From: an uncultured bacterium
Lineage (GTDB): Bacteria; Hydrothermota; Tepidihabitantia; Tepidihabitantales; Tepidihabitantaceae
Reading direction: 5' to 3'
Assembly: GCA_964575495.1 (NCBI GenBank)
Contig: CAZNRV010000207.1
Coordinates: 1-27,232 of the forward strand
DNA length: 27,232 nucleotides
Of this stretch, positions 1-8,461 are shown in pieces. The position numbers and the translations under genes are program-made. The notes under the pieces are model-generated. The model was not told where the DNA came from and did no database searches. It saw nothing but the letters and a program-made list of their open reading frames with translations. Position 1 is the stretch's first letter; each line of letters opens with the position of its first letter.

Positions 1-2
1 TA

Positions 3-773
3 GTGAGCGGTGAGATTAACCGCGACCTGAAGCCAAGCGAACTTTTCTTTAATATGGTGCGGGAGGGAAAACGCACCTCTGGATTTTTCGCAAGACTTTA
101 CGCCCGTTTGCCCAGGGTTGCTAAAGTATGGCTCCTGGTCGGGCTTGGTCTTTTCTTTGTTATTGGGGTAGTGGGTAGTCTGTTCAAGGGCAGGTTTTTT
201 GCATGTGGTCTGGGAATTTTGACATCAGGTTTTGCGGGTGCGGGGATTTCCACTCTTGCCATTCTTTTGTATCAGGTGCGGTTCGGTTCGGTCTATTCAG
301 GCGTGGCGCTGCTTCTGGCAGGTTTTATGTTCGGGACGGCGCCGGGTGCCTGGCTCGCAGGGAAAATGGCAAGATGGGTTGAGATGGAAGGGGTTGCCGG
401 AGTTATGTTTTTTAGTGCCGAGCTGGTTTTGATTGCGGTCCTGGGCGGTTTGATGCTCCTGGGTGGGGGTGGAGGTAAGGGGTTGTTTTTGCTTCTCCTC
501 TTTGTTGCCGGGATGTGTTTGGGCTGGCAGTTCGGGATTGCAAGTATTGAGAGGCAGCAATCAGGTGCGGTTTCAGGTGGCAGAACCGCAGGCCTCTTAA
601 GTATCCTTGACTTCACCGGTGGTGCGCTGGGCGGGATTTTAACCGCGCTAATTCTCTTGCCGGTTTTTAAAGTGACAGGTGCACTCCTGGCGATTGCCGG
701 ATTGAAGTTGGTGAGCGCATTGTGCCAATTATTGACAATGGCAGGTTCTAAATTTAGAATCCAGCGTGGCTAA
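3..773 (+). CDS. 5'-truncated polytopic membrane protein, probably the C-terminal membrane region of a fused MFS/spermidine-synthase-like protein
   Basis: The frame is open at the window edge and has about 6 hydrophobic helices. Motifs LYQVRFGSVYSGVALLLAGFMFG and LSILDFTGGALGG resemble the C-terminal TM region of fused spermidine-synthase-like proteins (recalled, not searched). Confidence 0.5.
   Translation: MSGEINRDLKPSELFFNMVREGKRTSGFFARLYARLPRVAKVWLLVGLGLFFVIGVVGSLFKGRFFACGLGILTSGFAGAGISTLAILLYQVRFGSVYSGVALLLAGFMFGTAPGAWLAGKMARWVEMEGVAGVMFFSAELVLIAVLGGLMLLGGGGGKGLFLLLLFVAGMCLGWQFGIASIERQQSGAVSGGRTAGLLSILDFTGGALGGILTALILLPVFKVTGALLAIAGLKLVSALCQLLTMAGSKFRIQRG
732..760 (+). promoter_or_regulatory. 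sigma70-type promoter inside the 3' end of the upstream gene, probably giving a leaderless transcript
   Basis: TTGACA (732-737), 17-nt spacer, TAGAAT (755-760), then 5 nt to GTG at 766. Confidence 0.7.
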
Positions 774-2139
774 ATTTAAGGTTAACGCCCGAAAAAATAG
801 TTTTTGGTTAATGAACTATTTTGTCCTCTTTGCGCTCCTGGGTGCGGGTTATGCTCAGGATGCCACCACACTCCCGAGTCTCGGTGGGGTTAACATTCAG
901 AGTCTGTTGCAGCCTTCGGTTCCAAATGTGCCCAGCCTGATTGGGGTGGAAAGCCCGATAATTTCCGAGAAGTATGTCCTGATGCCCGGGGATAAACTGT
1001 TAGTGACGGTAATCGGTAAATTGACATTTTCCTATCAGAGCCTGATTACCTATGAGGGCAAGGTGACGATAAATCTGCCTTTGAGTCCGATGACGCCATC
1101 CTATGATGTCACGAGTCAGCATACCCTTTATCAGGATGTGGTGGATGCTGTTACGGTTTCTGGGCTGACATTGCGTGAGGCGCAGGATACCTTGACCAGG
1201 GCGATGCACAAGTATTTCAAGGATGCCGAGGTGAAACTGACCTTAATCGGTTTGAGGTCGGCGATTGTGTTTGTCACCGGTGAGGTGCAGAATCCGGGTG
1301 CGTACAACGCATCACCGGTTGAGCGGGTTTCGCAGTTAGTGGCGCGGGCAGGCGGGCTTTCGCCCCTGGGGTCCAAGACTAAAATCTCTTTGATTCGGGG
1401 CGGGTTGCCCCATGCCAATGTGGATATTGAGCGGTTTGAGAATGAGGGTGATTTGAATGCCAACCCCTTCATTGAGTCGGGTGATGTTATCTATGTTCCG
1501 CCGGTTGAAGGGCTGGTAACGGTAAGAGGCGCGGTTTTTGGTAGGGGCGAGTATCGCATCAGGGCAAGTGCATTGACAACCGAGAAGGAGCGGATGAGCG
1601 AAGGGGTTTATGAGTTGAAACCGGGTGAGCGCGTCTTTGATGTGATTCGCAAGGCAGGTGGCATTACACCCTGGGCGGACTTGCATAACTGCTATGTTGA
1701 GCGCCTGGTTTTAAACAGCGGCGGCAAAAGGCAGCGGATTCCGATTGACCTCCATCGCGTCGTCTTTGAGCAGGATTCCAGTCAGAACATTGAACTGGTT
1801 AATGCCGATATCGTTGTGGTGCCGCCGGTAAATGCCTTTGTTTATGTGGAGGGTGAAGTCAATAAACCCGGTTCGCTGCTTTACACTCCCAACCTGCGGG
1901 CAGGTGACTATATCGGCCAGGCGGGTGGACCGGCCGAAAATGGCAATCTCAGCGGGGTGAGTATCATCCGGAATGGCAAAAGGCTCCCGGGAAAACACAA
2001 CCCGGTGCTTGAGCCGGGTGATATTGTGATTGTGCCCAGATACGGGATAAAATGGTGGCAGGACTATGTTAATATCATCGCCGATGTCGGCATTCCTACC
2101 GTCTCGCTGATATTGACAATCATCGCGCTCCAGCGTTAG
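766..2139 (+). CDS. SLBB-domain polysaccharide biosynthesis/export protein (Wza/KpsD-like)
   Basis: Signal peptide; Poly_export-like segment (YVLMPGDKLLVTVIG...G.TL.EAQ); three SLBB repeats (VFVTGEVQNPG, VTVRGAVFGRG, VYVEGEVNKPG with LEPGDIVIVP); C-terminal hydrophobic helix. Confidence 0.85.
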   Translation: MAKFKVNARKNSFWLMNYFVLFALLGAGYAQDATTLPSLGGVNIQSLLQPSVPNVPSLIGVESPIISEKYVLMPGDKLLVTVIGKLTFSYQSLITYEGKVTINLPLSPMTPSYDVTSQHTLYQDVVDAVTVSGLTLREAQDTLTRAMHKYFKDAEVKLTLIGLRSAIVFVTGEVQNPGAYNASPVERVSQLVARAGGLSPLGSKTKISLIRGGLPHANVDIERFENEGDLNANPFIESGDVIYVPPVEGLVTVRGAVFGRGEYRIRASALTTEKERMSEGVYELKPGERVFDVIRKAGGITPWADLHNCYVERLVLNSGGKRQRIPIDLHRVVFEQDSSQNIELVNADIVVVPPVNAFVYVEGEVNKPGSLLYTPNLRAGDYIGQAGGPAENGNLSGVSIIRNGKRLPGKHNPVLEPGDIVIVPRYGIKWWQDYVNIIADVGIPTVSLILTIIALQR

Positions 2140-2711
2140 TAGTGCCTTTGGCACCTGCTATAATAGACCGAAGACGGAAGACGGATGACCGGTCCCCGGT
2201 CTTCGGTCATCCCTATCCTCGGAGATATGAAGTGATGGAGTGATGAAGTCTTCATCCCTTCATCCCCTAATCCCTTCTTCTTTCCGTCTTCTATCTTTCT
2301 GACCCGGCGGCTGTGCCGACCACCAGCAAAATCGGTCCCTAAGAAAACCCGAACGACGCCCTTTGCCTGAGCGGCTGTCAAAAAATCAGCACCGAGGCAC
2401 AGCACATTAGCGTTATTATGCTCGCGGGCGAGTCGCGCCATCCTGGTATTCAAGCACAGCGCAGCGCGAACAGACCTGACCTTGTTGGCGGCGATGGACA
2501 TCCCGATGCCGGTAGCGCAAATCAGAATTCCCCGTTGAGCCTGGCCTCTTGCGACCGCCTCTGCCACCGCCAGGGCGAAATCAGGATAGTCAACCCGTTC
2601 CGGGGTGAATGTCCCTCTGTCATCCACCTTAAACCCGAGCCGCTTAAGATAGAGGGCAAGTTTCTCCTTCAAAGCAAAGCCGCGATGGTCAGCACCAAGC
2701 GCAATTGTCAT
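2136..2711 (-). CDS. rpiB: ribose-5-phosphate isomerase B with a repeat-encoded C-terminal extension
   Basis: [57 protein letters not shown]. The start overlaps the ilvE stop (ATGA). Confidence 0.95.
   Translation of the reverse strand: MTIALGADHRGFALKEKLALYLKRLGFKVDDRGTFTPERVDYPDFALAVAEAVARGQAQRGILICATGIGMSIAANKVRSVRAALCLNTRMARLAREHNNANVLCLGADFLTAAQAKGVVRVFLGTDFAGGRHSRRVRKIEDGKKKGLGDEGMKTSSLHHFISPRIGMTEDRGPVIRLPSSVYYSRCQRHY
2139..2158 (-). repeat. mini-hairpin module GCAGGTGCC(A/G)AAGGCACTAC, copy 1
   Basis: The reverse complement is 19/20 identical to 27196-27215; stem GTGCC/GGCAC with a 3-nt loop. Confidence 0.75.
2159..2208 (+). repeat. 50-bp palindromic heptamer-based repeat, family A copy 1
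   Basis: TATAATAGACCGAAGACGGAAGACGGATGACCGGTCCCCGGTCTTCGGTC; 10-bp inverted arms GACCGAAGAC/GTCTTCGGTC; 49/50 identical to 4711-4760. Confidence 0.9.
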
Positions 2712-3637
2712 CTGACAAATGTCAGCCAGCCGTATTTGTCTTCCCTTTTCAGGTCAATGATGGCAAAGAACTCCTGCTGCAGTTTCTTGGTTACGGGTCC
2801 GCACCTGCCATTGCCGATGAGAATGTGGTCAACCGAGCGGATGGGCGTAACCTCAGCCGCGCTGCCGGTGAAGAAAAGTTCATCCGCAAGATAGAGCATC
2901 TCCCGCAGCATCATCGTCTCCTTCACCTCATAGCCCAAATCCCGGGCAAGGGTGATGATGGTATCACGGGTGATGCCGGGCAGAATCGTGGCGTGCAATG
3001 GCGGGGTGAAGATGATGCCATTGCGGACAACAAACAGATTTTCGCCTGACCCCTCAGACACAAAGCCAAAAATATCAAGGGCAATGCCTTCCACAAAACC
3101 ATAGGTCAGAGCCTCCATCTTGATCAACTGCGAGTTCATATAGTTGGCGCAGGTCTTGGACATCGCCGGAAAGGTGTTGGGTGCCATCCGGTTCCAGGAT
3201 GAAACCATCACATCCACCCCCTGGTCCAGCGCCTCAGGTCCTAAATACTTGCCCCATTTCCAGGTGATTAAGGCAACATCAACCGGACAGCTGAAGGGGT
3301 TCACGCCCAATTCCTTATAACCGCGATAGACAATCGGACGGATATAGCATTCATCAAGCTCATTCCTTTTGATAAGTTCCAATGTTGCCTGATTAATCTC
3401 CTCCTTGGTGAAGGGGATTTCCATTCGGTAGATCTTTGCCGAATTGAACAGGCGGTTGGTATGGTCAGATAGCCTAAAGATTGCCGGTCCTTTGGGGGTT
3501 TTGTAACAGCGCAAACCCTCAAATACGCCGGTGCCATAGTGAATCACATGGCTGCAGATGTGAATCTTGGCATCTTCCCAAGGGACATAGCTCCCGTTCA
3601 TCCAGATATATTTTGACTTGGACTCTTCTAAGCCCAT
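2708..3637 (-). CDS. ilvE: branched-chain amino acid aminotransferase (PLP fold type IV)
   Basis: [55 protein letters not shown]; AAGGAGG Shine-Dalgarno just upstream of the ATG. Confidence 0.97.
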   Translation of the reverse strand: MGLEESKSKYIWMNGSYVPWEDAKIHICSHVIHYGTGVFEGLRCYKTPKGPAIFRLSDHTNRLFNSAKIYRMEIPFTKEEINQATLELIKRNELDECYIRPIVYRGYKELGVNPFSCPVDVALITWKWGKYLGPEALDQGVDVMVSSWNRMAPNTFPAMSKTCANYMNSQLIKMEALTYGFVEGIALDIFGFVSEGSGENLFVVRNGIIFTPPLHATILPGITRDTIITLARDLGYEVKETMMLREMLYLADELFFTGSAAEVTPIRSVDHILIGNGRCGPVTKKLQQEFFAIIDLKREDKYGWLTFVR

Positions 3638-3650
3638 TTTGCCTCCTTAT

Positions 3651-3680
3651 AAAAACAATAGCGGAACCTTTCGGCTCCGC
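3651..3680 (-). terminator. hairpin plus U-rich tract between tRNA-Met and ilvE
   Basis: Minus strand reads GCGGAGCC-GAAA-GGTTCCGC followed by TATTGTTTTT (GNRA loop). Confidence 0.55.
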
Positions 3681-3739
3681 CACGAGGTTTTATTAATGTT
3701 AATTAACAGTATCAACAGGTTAACGCTCAAGTTTTTTTG

Positions 3740-3812
3740 TGGTGGCGAAGGGAATCGAACCCCTGACACGTGGATTATGATTCCACTGCTCTGCCATCTG
3801 AGCTACGCCACC
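3740..3812 (-). tRNA. tRNA-Met (CAT), probably elongator; CCA not encoded
   Basis: GGTGGCG/CGCCACC acceptor stem, A73, D-loop AGATGGCA, anticodon arm GTGGA-ATCATAA-TCCAC, T-loop TTCGATT. The G1-C72 pair argues against an initiator tRNA; Ile2 is not fully excluded. Confidence 0.93.
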
Positions 3813-3821
3813 CATTTTTTC

Positions 3822-3849
3822 ATTCTAACAAACGCAATGTTCAAGTCAA
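3822..3849 (-). promoter_or_regulatory. sigma70-type promoter of the tRNA
   Basis: Minus strand: TTGACT, 16-nt spacer, TAGAAT with an extended -10 TG, 9 nt upstream of the mature tRNA 5' end. Confidence 0.65.
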
Positions 3850-3853
3850 CCGG

Positions 3854-3903
3854 AATAATAGACCGACGACGGAAGACGGATGACCGGTTCCAGGTCCACG
3901 GTC
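3854..3903 (+). repeat. family A repeat, copy 2 (diverged)
   Basis: AATAATAGACCGACGACGGAAGACGGATGACCGGTTCCAGGTCCACGGTC; 44/50 identical to copy 1, same orientation. Confidence 0.85.
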
Positions 3904-3965
3904 TACTGTTGACCGGGCTGGGCTGAAAGGTAAAATTGGGCATTGATTTTACTGACAGGTGCAAG

Positions 3966-4715
3966 ATGGAAAAGCCCTTGATTATTTTGACGAATGATGA
4001 TGGAATTGAGGCAAGGGGTCTCAAGGAGCTGTTTGCGGCGACAAGGGGGCTGGGCAAGAGGTTTGTAGTTGCGCCGGCAAAAAATCAATCTGCGGCAAGC
4101 CATTCCTTTTCCCTGCGCAAGCCGATTATGGTTGAGAAGAGAAAGCCGGGCTGGTTTGCGGTTTTCGGCACACCAACCGACTGTGTGCTCATCTCGCATC
4201 ACGGGATATTCAGGCGTTCGATTGACTTGGTGATATCCGGGATAAATGACAGCGCCAATTTGGGTGATGATGTGCTGTATTCGGGCACGGTGGCGGCGGC
4301 GATTGAAGCGGCGCTTTTGGGGATACCGGCGATTGCGATTTCCTATCTTGTGGACAAAAGGAATTTTTCGTGTGTGGCGGGTTTGCTACGCACACTGGTG
4401 CCGTTGCTTTTGAACGGGCTTTTGCCCAAGAAGTGTCTCTTGAATGTGAATATTCCCGCAGGGGAGATCAAGGGTGTGCGGGTGACGAGGTTGGGCAAAA
4501 GAATCTATAAGGATATGGCGATTAAGGGACGGCTGCCAGATGGCGGTGTCTGTTATACGATTGACGGCGAGATGGGTTTTGCACCGACGCGCGGCTCGGA
4601 TTTTGAGGCGGTTTATGCAGGCTATATTTCGGTTACGCCCTTATATCTGGATATGACCCATCATTCTGAAATGCGGCGCTTGGAGAAGGCGTTTAAAAAG
4701 GCAGGCCTGATATAA
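3966..4715 (+). CDS. surE: 5'/3'-nucleotidase SurE
   Basis: ILTNDDG, VVAPAKNQSAASHS, GTPTDCV, DLVISGIN, YSGTVAAAIEA, ISVTPL. The ATG at 3966 is preferred over the track start at 3936 because the conserved N-terminus begins there. Confidence 0.95.
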   Translation: MEKPLIILTNDDGIEARGLKELFAATRGLGKRFVVAPAKNQSAASHSFSLRKPIMVEKRKPGWFAVFGTPTDCVLISHHGIFRRSIDLVISGINDSANLGDDVLYSGTVAAAIEAALLGIPAIAISYLVDKRNFSCVAGLLRTLVPLLLNGLLPKKCLLNVNIPAGEIKGVRVTRLGKRIYKDMAIKGRLPDGGVCYTIDGEMGFAPTRGSDFEAVYAGYISVTPLYLDMTHHSEMRRLEKAFKKAGLI

Positions 4716-4760
4716 TAGACCGAAGACGGAAGACGGATGACCGGTCCCCGGTCCTCGGTC
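4711..4760 (+). repeat. family A repeat, copy 3
   Basis: 49/50 identical to 2159-2208; its leading TATAA contains the surE stop codon; it lies between convergent genes. Confidence 0.9.
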
Positions 4761-4765
4761 TTCTT

Positions 4766-6745
4766 TTACCTCTCCCTCACCACCCGGCGACAGGCTACAG
4801 AGTTGCCCTGGGCATCGGTTGCCCAGACCGCAATTGTGTTTATTCCCTTGATGGGTTGAAATGCGCTTGAGAAGTGTTCCTCGGAGGAGTCAAAGATGCC
4901 GTCTTCGGGTTCTAATGGTTGCCAGTCCCCGGCATTGAATGAGATGCGGCAGGAAACAATGGGTGAGAGGTTGTCTCTGACGGTCCAGCTCACGCGGTTG
5001 CCAAAGACCCTGATTTCTGAAAGCAATGGCGGGGTGTTGTCAACAGAGAAGGGCGCAGAAAGTCGTTCGCTCCTCTTTGCGGTTTTGTCCGAATGGTCAG
5101 GCGCATCAAGGGCAACAAGGCGCAGGCGGTACCAGCCATCCGGGATGGTGCGGGTGTCAAACTCATACCGGGGTTCAGCAAGATTCTTCTGCAGCACAAT
5201 CCAGGAAGTTTCGCGCTCGGGTTGGAGATAAAGTTCAAATATTAGCGAGTCGGAATCAGGGTCATCTGCATCCCAGGTCACCTGCCTTTTGGGCTGGGCG
5301 GAACCGCGCCGGGCAAGAGGTTCTGAAGGCTGGCTTATCTCGAGTTTGGAGATAACCGGCGGGCGGTTTACCGAGCTGTAATAGATGTCAACCCGCTCCA
5401 GTTCCGGGCTATTGTTAGGGAAGTTTGAATAGAGCCGGCAGCGCAGCTGGATAAACCGGGCAGGCGGGGAGAGGGTTTTGCCTTTTATTTCCTGCCAGGT
5501 CGTCCAGAGGGAATCGGGCAGTTCATTGTTGCCGGAGCGGGTGTCAATCTGGATTTCGGTTCCCTCTGGGGTCTGGGCGCGCAGGTCGATTCTGCCGAAA
5601 CGGGCAGGGTTGACGCAATCAAACACCGGGCTGGTAACAAAGCCGGAGTCGGCATAACCAAGTTTGCTTGAATAGAGCCTTGCCGGATTGGCGGTGCCGA
5701 GATAGAGGCGGTTGTTAAGGGAGAGGCAGGAGACCACCTGAGGCTCATTAAGCCGGCAGAGGATGGCGGGCTGACCGGTAGTGTCAAGGGTATAAACAAT
5801 TCCGCGGTTGCCGGTCAAAACGCACAGTTGGTTATTGAATCGGGCAAGGCTGAAGATGACCGATTCTGGACAGACCCACTGCCATTTGACGATGCCGTTA
5901 TTGTCAAGTGCATAGACGACCGGCTGGTTTGGACCCGGGTTGGAAGCGGATTCACCGCCGGGATTGGCACAAACATAGACCGTGCGGTTGTCAGCGGTAA
6001 TGGCGCGGACTTCAGCAAGCGGGGTGTCATAGAGAACAGTAACCTCTGGGCGAGCCCCGAGGCTCACAAACTTTAAATGATAGACTGTGCCGGCGGGTGA
6101 TGTGCCGAGCAAAAGCTCCCTGTCGGGGGAAAGCCAGTAGAGGGTAGTGATATGGGCAGAGGGGACGGTGAAGAGGACCTCTGAACCCCGGTCAGGGGTA
6201 ATGCGGAAAAGTTTGCCATTCGGTCCGGTGGCGCAGAGAAGGGATTTATCTGAAGACGCAACCAAGGCGTGGATGTAGGATTCTTTTGTGGCAAAAAGCG
6301 ATTCTGGTTTTGCACTGGGGAGGAGGCGATAGATGATTCCTTGTGGGCTGGTGCCGAAATAAATGGTATTGTCAGGGGTTGTTGTCACCGTTAGGATTTC
6401 GCCGGCATCTTCACTGAATAATGGTTGTGCCTGACGGACACGGGTGCCAAGCCGGTAGAACCCGCTCTGGTTGCCGGTGCCGAGATAGATGTTGCCAGAG
6501 CGGTCGGCTCCAATTGACCAGATTGTCACATCAGCAAGCGAACAGACCGCAGCGAATTCCGGCGAGAGTCGGATACTGCCCTGAACAGGTAGATGGATGT
6601 TTTTTAACTCAATCTGGTCAAGATTAGAAAACAACTGTTCGTTCGGGACAAAGGTGAATACTCCGGCAGGGGCAGGGTTAAACGGGAGCTGGGCAAGGAG
6701 CAAAATGACCAATGACGAATGGCGAATGACGAATCGGAATTTCAT
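4766..6745 (-). CDS. exported beta-propeller protein with C-terminal Ig/FN3-like domains
   Basis: Repeated beta-propeller blades (IYLGTGNQ, IYFGTSPQG, LLCATGPNG, LLLGTSPAG, LYLGTANPA); C-terminal VTWDADDPDSD, YRLRLVALD, VDNTPP typical of Ig/FN3-like domains; overlaps the S55 gene stop (ATGA). Confidence 0.65.
   Translation of the reverse strand: MKFRFVIRHSSLVILLLAQLPFNPAPAGVFTFVPNEQLFSNLDQIELKNIHLPVQGSIRLSPEFAAVCSLADVTIWSIGADRSGNIYLGTGNQSGFYRLGTRVRQAQPLFSEDAGEILTVTTTPDNTIYFGTSPQGIIYRLLPSAKPESLFATKESYIHALVASSDKSLLCATGPNGKLFRITPDRGSEVLFTVPSAHITTLYWLSPDRELLLGTSPAGTVYHLKFVSLGARPEVTVLYDTPLAEVRAITADNRTVYVCANPGGESASNPGPNQPVVYALDNNGIVKWQWVCPESVIFSLARFNNQLCVLTGNRGIVYTLDTTGQPAILCRLNEPQVVSCLSLNNRLYLGTANPARLYSSKLGYADSGFVTSPVFDCVNPARFGRIDLRAQTPEGTEIQIDTRSGNNELPDSLWTTWQEIKGKTLSPPARFIQLRCRLYSNFPNNSPELERVDIYYSSVNRPPVISKLEISQPSEPLARRGSAQPKRQVTWDADDPDSDSLIFELYLQPERETSWIVLQKNLAEPRYEFDTRTIPDGWYRLRLVALDAPDHSDKTAKRSERLSAPFSVDNTPPLLSEIRVFGNRVSWTVRDNLSPIVSCRISFNAGDWQPLEPEDGIFDSSEEHFSSAFQPIKGINTIAVWATDAQGNSVACRRVVRER
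6704..6738. repeat. tandem heptamers inside the N-terminus of the beta-propeller gene
   Basis: Plus strand AATGACC AATGACG AATGGCG AATGACG AATCGGA, read on the minus strand as RFVIRHSSLVI. Confidence 0.8.
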
Positions 6746-8460
6746 TTTACCTCCAGTTCAAAGTTTGCCGAGCCGATGAGGACCCGGTCCAATTTCACCA
6801 CCTGTTTAAATAAAAGGCTTGAAACTAAGGGCTGAATTTCGCCAGTTGATTTGCTGGCACCAAGCACCTGCCGCAGAGATGGTGGCGGCTGGGGAAGTTC
6901 TTTGTCACCGACAGTCAGACCCGCGGTGCGGAGAAAGCCGGCAACAATCAGCTCATCTTCACTGCCGGTTTCTGAAAGCAGTTGCAGGAGTTTTTTCAGG
7001 GATGTAGGCTCAAGGGTTTTGCCTGCACGTGCAATTTCTGCAGTGAAAAACTCATCCCGACTGGTGATAGTGATGAGAATTGTGCCGGTCGGGGTGGTGG
7101 CAGGAATCGGAATGGCAATTTCCTTTTCGCTTTCATCACCCCGATAGTCACGCAGGCGCAGCCATACCGAAAGGGTTTCACCGGGTTTGAGCCTGGTGCG
7201 GTCAGGACGGGCAGAAACCAGCTGGGCGTTTTTTCTGCCGGGTGTGAAATGAAAGTCAGTTTCAACCCGATTGATTGCCAATTGCTCAAGTGGATTGTCA
7301 AAAAGCAGGGTCAGTTCGGTATTGATTTTGTTAAACATTGCTGAAAGCGGGTCAGCACCGGTAAAGATATGTCTGATTTCGACAGGAGCCTCTTGTGGTT
7401 TTAACCAGAGTCTCATCCTTGATTCGATGGTATATTCCTCCATCAACCCTTCACTTTCAAGAATGATATTTATCAGACCGATGGGCAAAAAATTCGGAGT
7501 GAGTTGTTCTTGATCAACAACCCGGAAGCGATAGGTGTCATTATTAACACTTGAGTGAAGATGGACATTGACTGGAATCAATGGTGCCTCGGGTCCAATG
7601 ATACCACTGATGCCGGTGGCGCGGTCCTGATTGATAATGCCGATTGGTCTGGTCGGGGAAAAAATCTTATAGGAGAGTTCAAGTGAAGGCAGCACGGTGT
7701 GAACCCTACCGCCGGTCATCGGTAATTGGACTGCGCCCGCAAGGAAGAGCGGGTGACCGAAGGCGAGGATTTTATTGCCTTCTCGATAAGTGATGGTGCC
7801 AACCGCCGCAGCCCGGACATCACCGTCAAGAAGCGCAACCCCGACTGCGCCACCAGGGACAAGGTCGGCGGTATCAATTTCGTCACCGACAACCCCGGCT
7901 GCAACCGGCTGGAAGCCAAGCCGGGTAAGGCTGGGGGTGATAATCTCTTTAAGGCGTTTGTTAAAGCCGGAGATGGCGAGAGGAACCGGTGGTAAATTAA
8001 GGTTTGAACGTTCTAATGGTGATGTTCGATTCTGGGCTTTGGTTTTGCCAGAGTCGGGCAACTCCCAGATTTTGAGCATTTCTTGTGCCGGGGTAATCCC
8101 GGCAATCGGCTCTTTGGCAAATGACCAGGCATACGCAACCGCACCAATCAGTTTGCCATCAATGTAAACCGGGCTGCCGGACATACCGGCGATGACGCCG
8201 GTGTTATCGAGACCGGCGCCGGAGAGCCGGGCAAGGATGAGGTCACCGCGGGGTGAGGTTTGGTGCATCACATCAATTATCTCAAACTGAAACTTTTCCG
8301 GTTTTGTGCCTGAAAACACTGAGTAGCCGCTGCCTTTCATTCCGGGCTTGATTTCAGCGACCGGCATAATTGTGACCTCAGCATAGGCAGGGGTCAGGGC
8401 AAAAGCAAACGCAGCAGCCAATGCAAAACCAAAAAGGCGAAGCCGGGGAAGGGAAATCAT
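6742..8460 (-). CDS. SpoIVB-type peptidase S55 domain protein, exported
   Basis: EIKPGMKGSGYSVFSG, GVIAGMSGSPVYIDGKLIGAVAYAW (serine motif), ILAFGHPLF; signal peptide from the ATG at 8460, which lies 1 nt after the ThiN stop (the track start at 8502 is less likely). Confidence 0.85.
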   Translation of the reverse strand: MISLPRLRLFGFALAAAFAFALTPAYAEVTIMPVAEIKPGMKGSGYSVFSGTKPEKFQFEIIDVMHQTSPRGDLILARLSGAGLDNTGVIAGMSGSPVYIDGKLIGAVAYAWSFAKEPIAGITPAQEMLKIWELPDSGKTKAQNRTSPLERSNLNLPPVPLAISGFNKRLKEIITPSLTRLGFQPVAAGVVGDEIDTADLVPGGAVGVALLDGDVRAAAVGTITYREGNKILAFGHPLFLAGAVQLPMTGGRVHTVLPSLELSYKIFSPTRPIGIINQDRATGISGIIGPEAPLIPVNVHLHSSVNNDTYRFRVVDQEQLTPNFLPIGLINIILESEGLMEEYTIESRMRLWLKPQEAPVEIRHIFTGADPLSAMFNKINTELTLLFDNPLEQLAINRVETDFHFTPGRKNAQLVSARPDRTRLKPGETLSVWLRLRDYRGDESEKEIAIPIPATTPTGTILITITSRDEFFTAEIARAGKTLEPTSLKKLLQLLSETGSEDELIVAGFLRTAGLTVGDKELPQPPPSLRQVLGASKSTGEIQPLVSSLLFKQVVKLDRVLIGSANFELEVK

Positions 8461-8461
8461 T

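Noticed and set aside
3740-3812. Initiator tRNA-fMet, tRNA-Sec or an integration site
   Set aside because: G1-C72 pairing and the lack of three consecutive anticodon-stem G-C pairs exclude fMet. The CAT anticodon and short variable arm exclude Sec. No duplicated tRNA 3' end or integrase is present.
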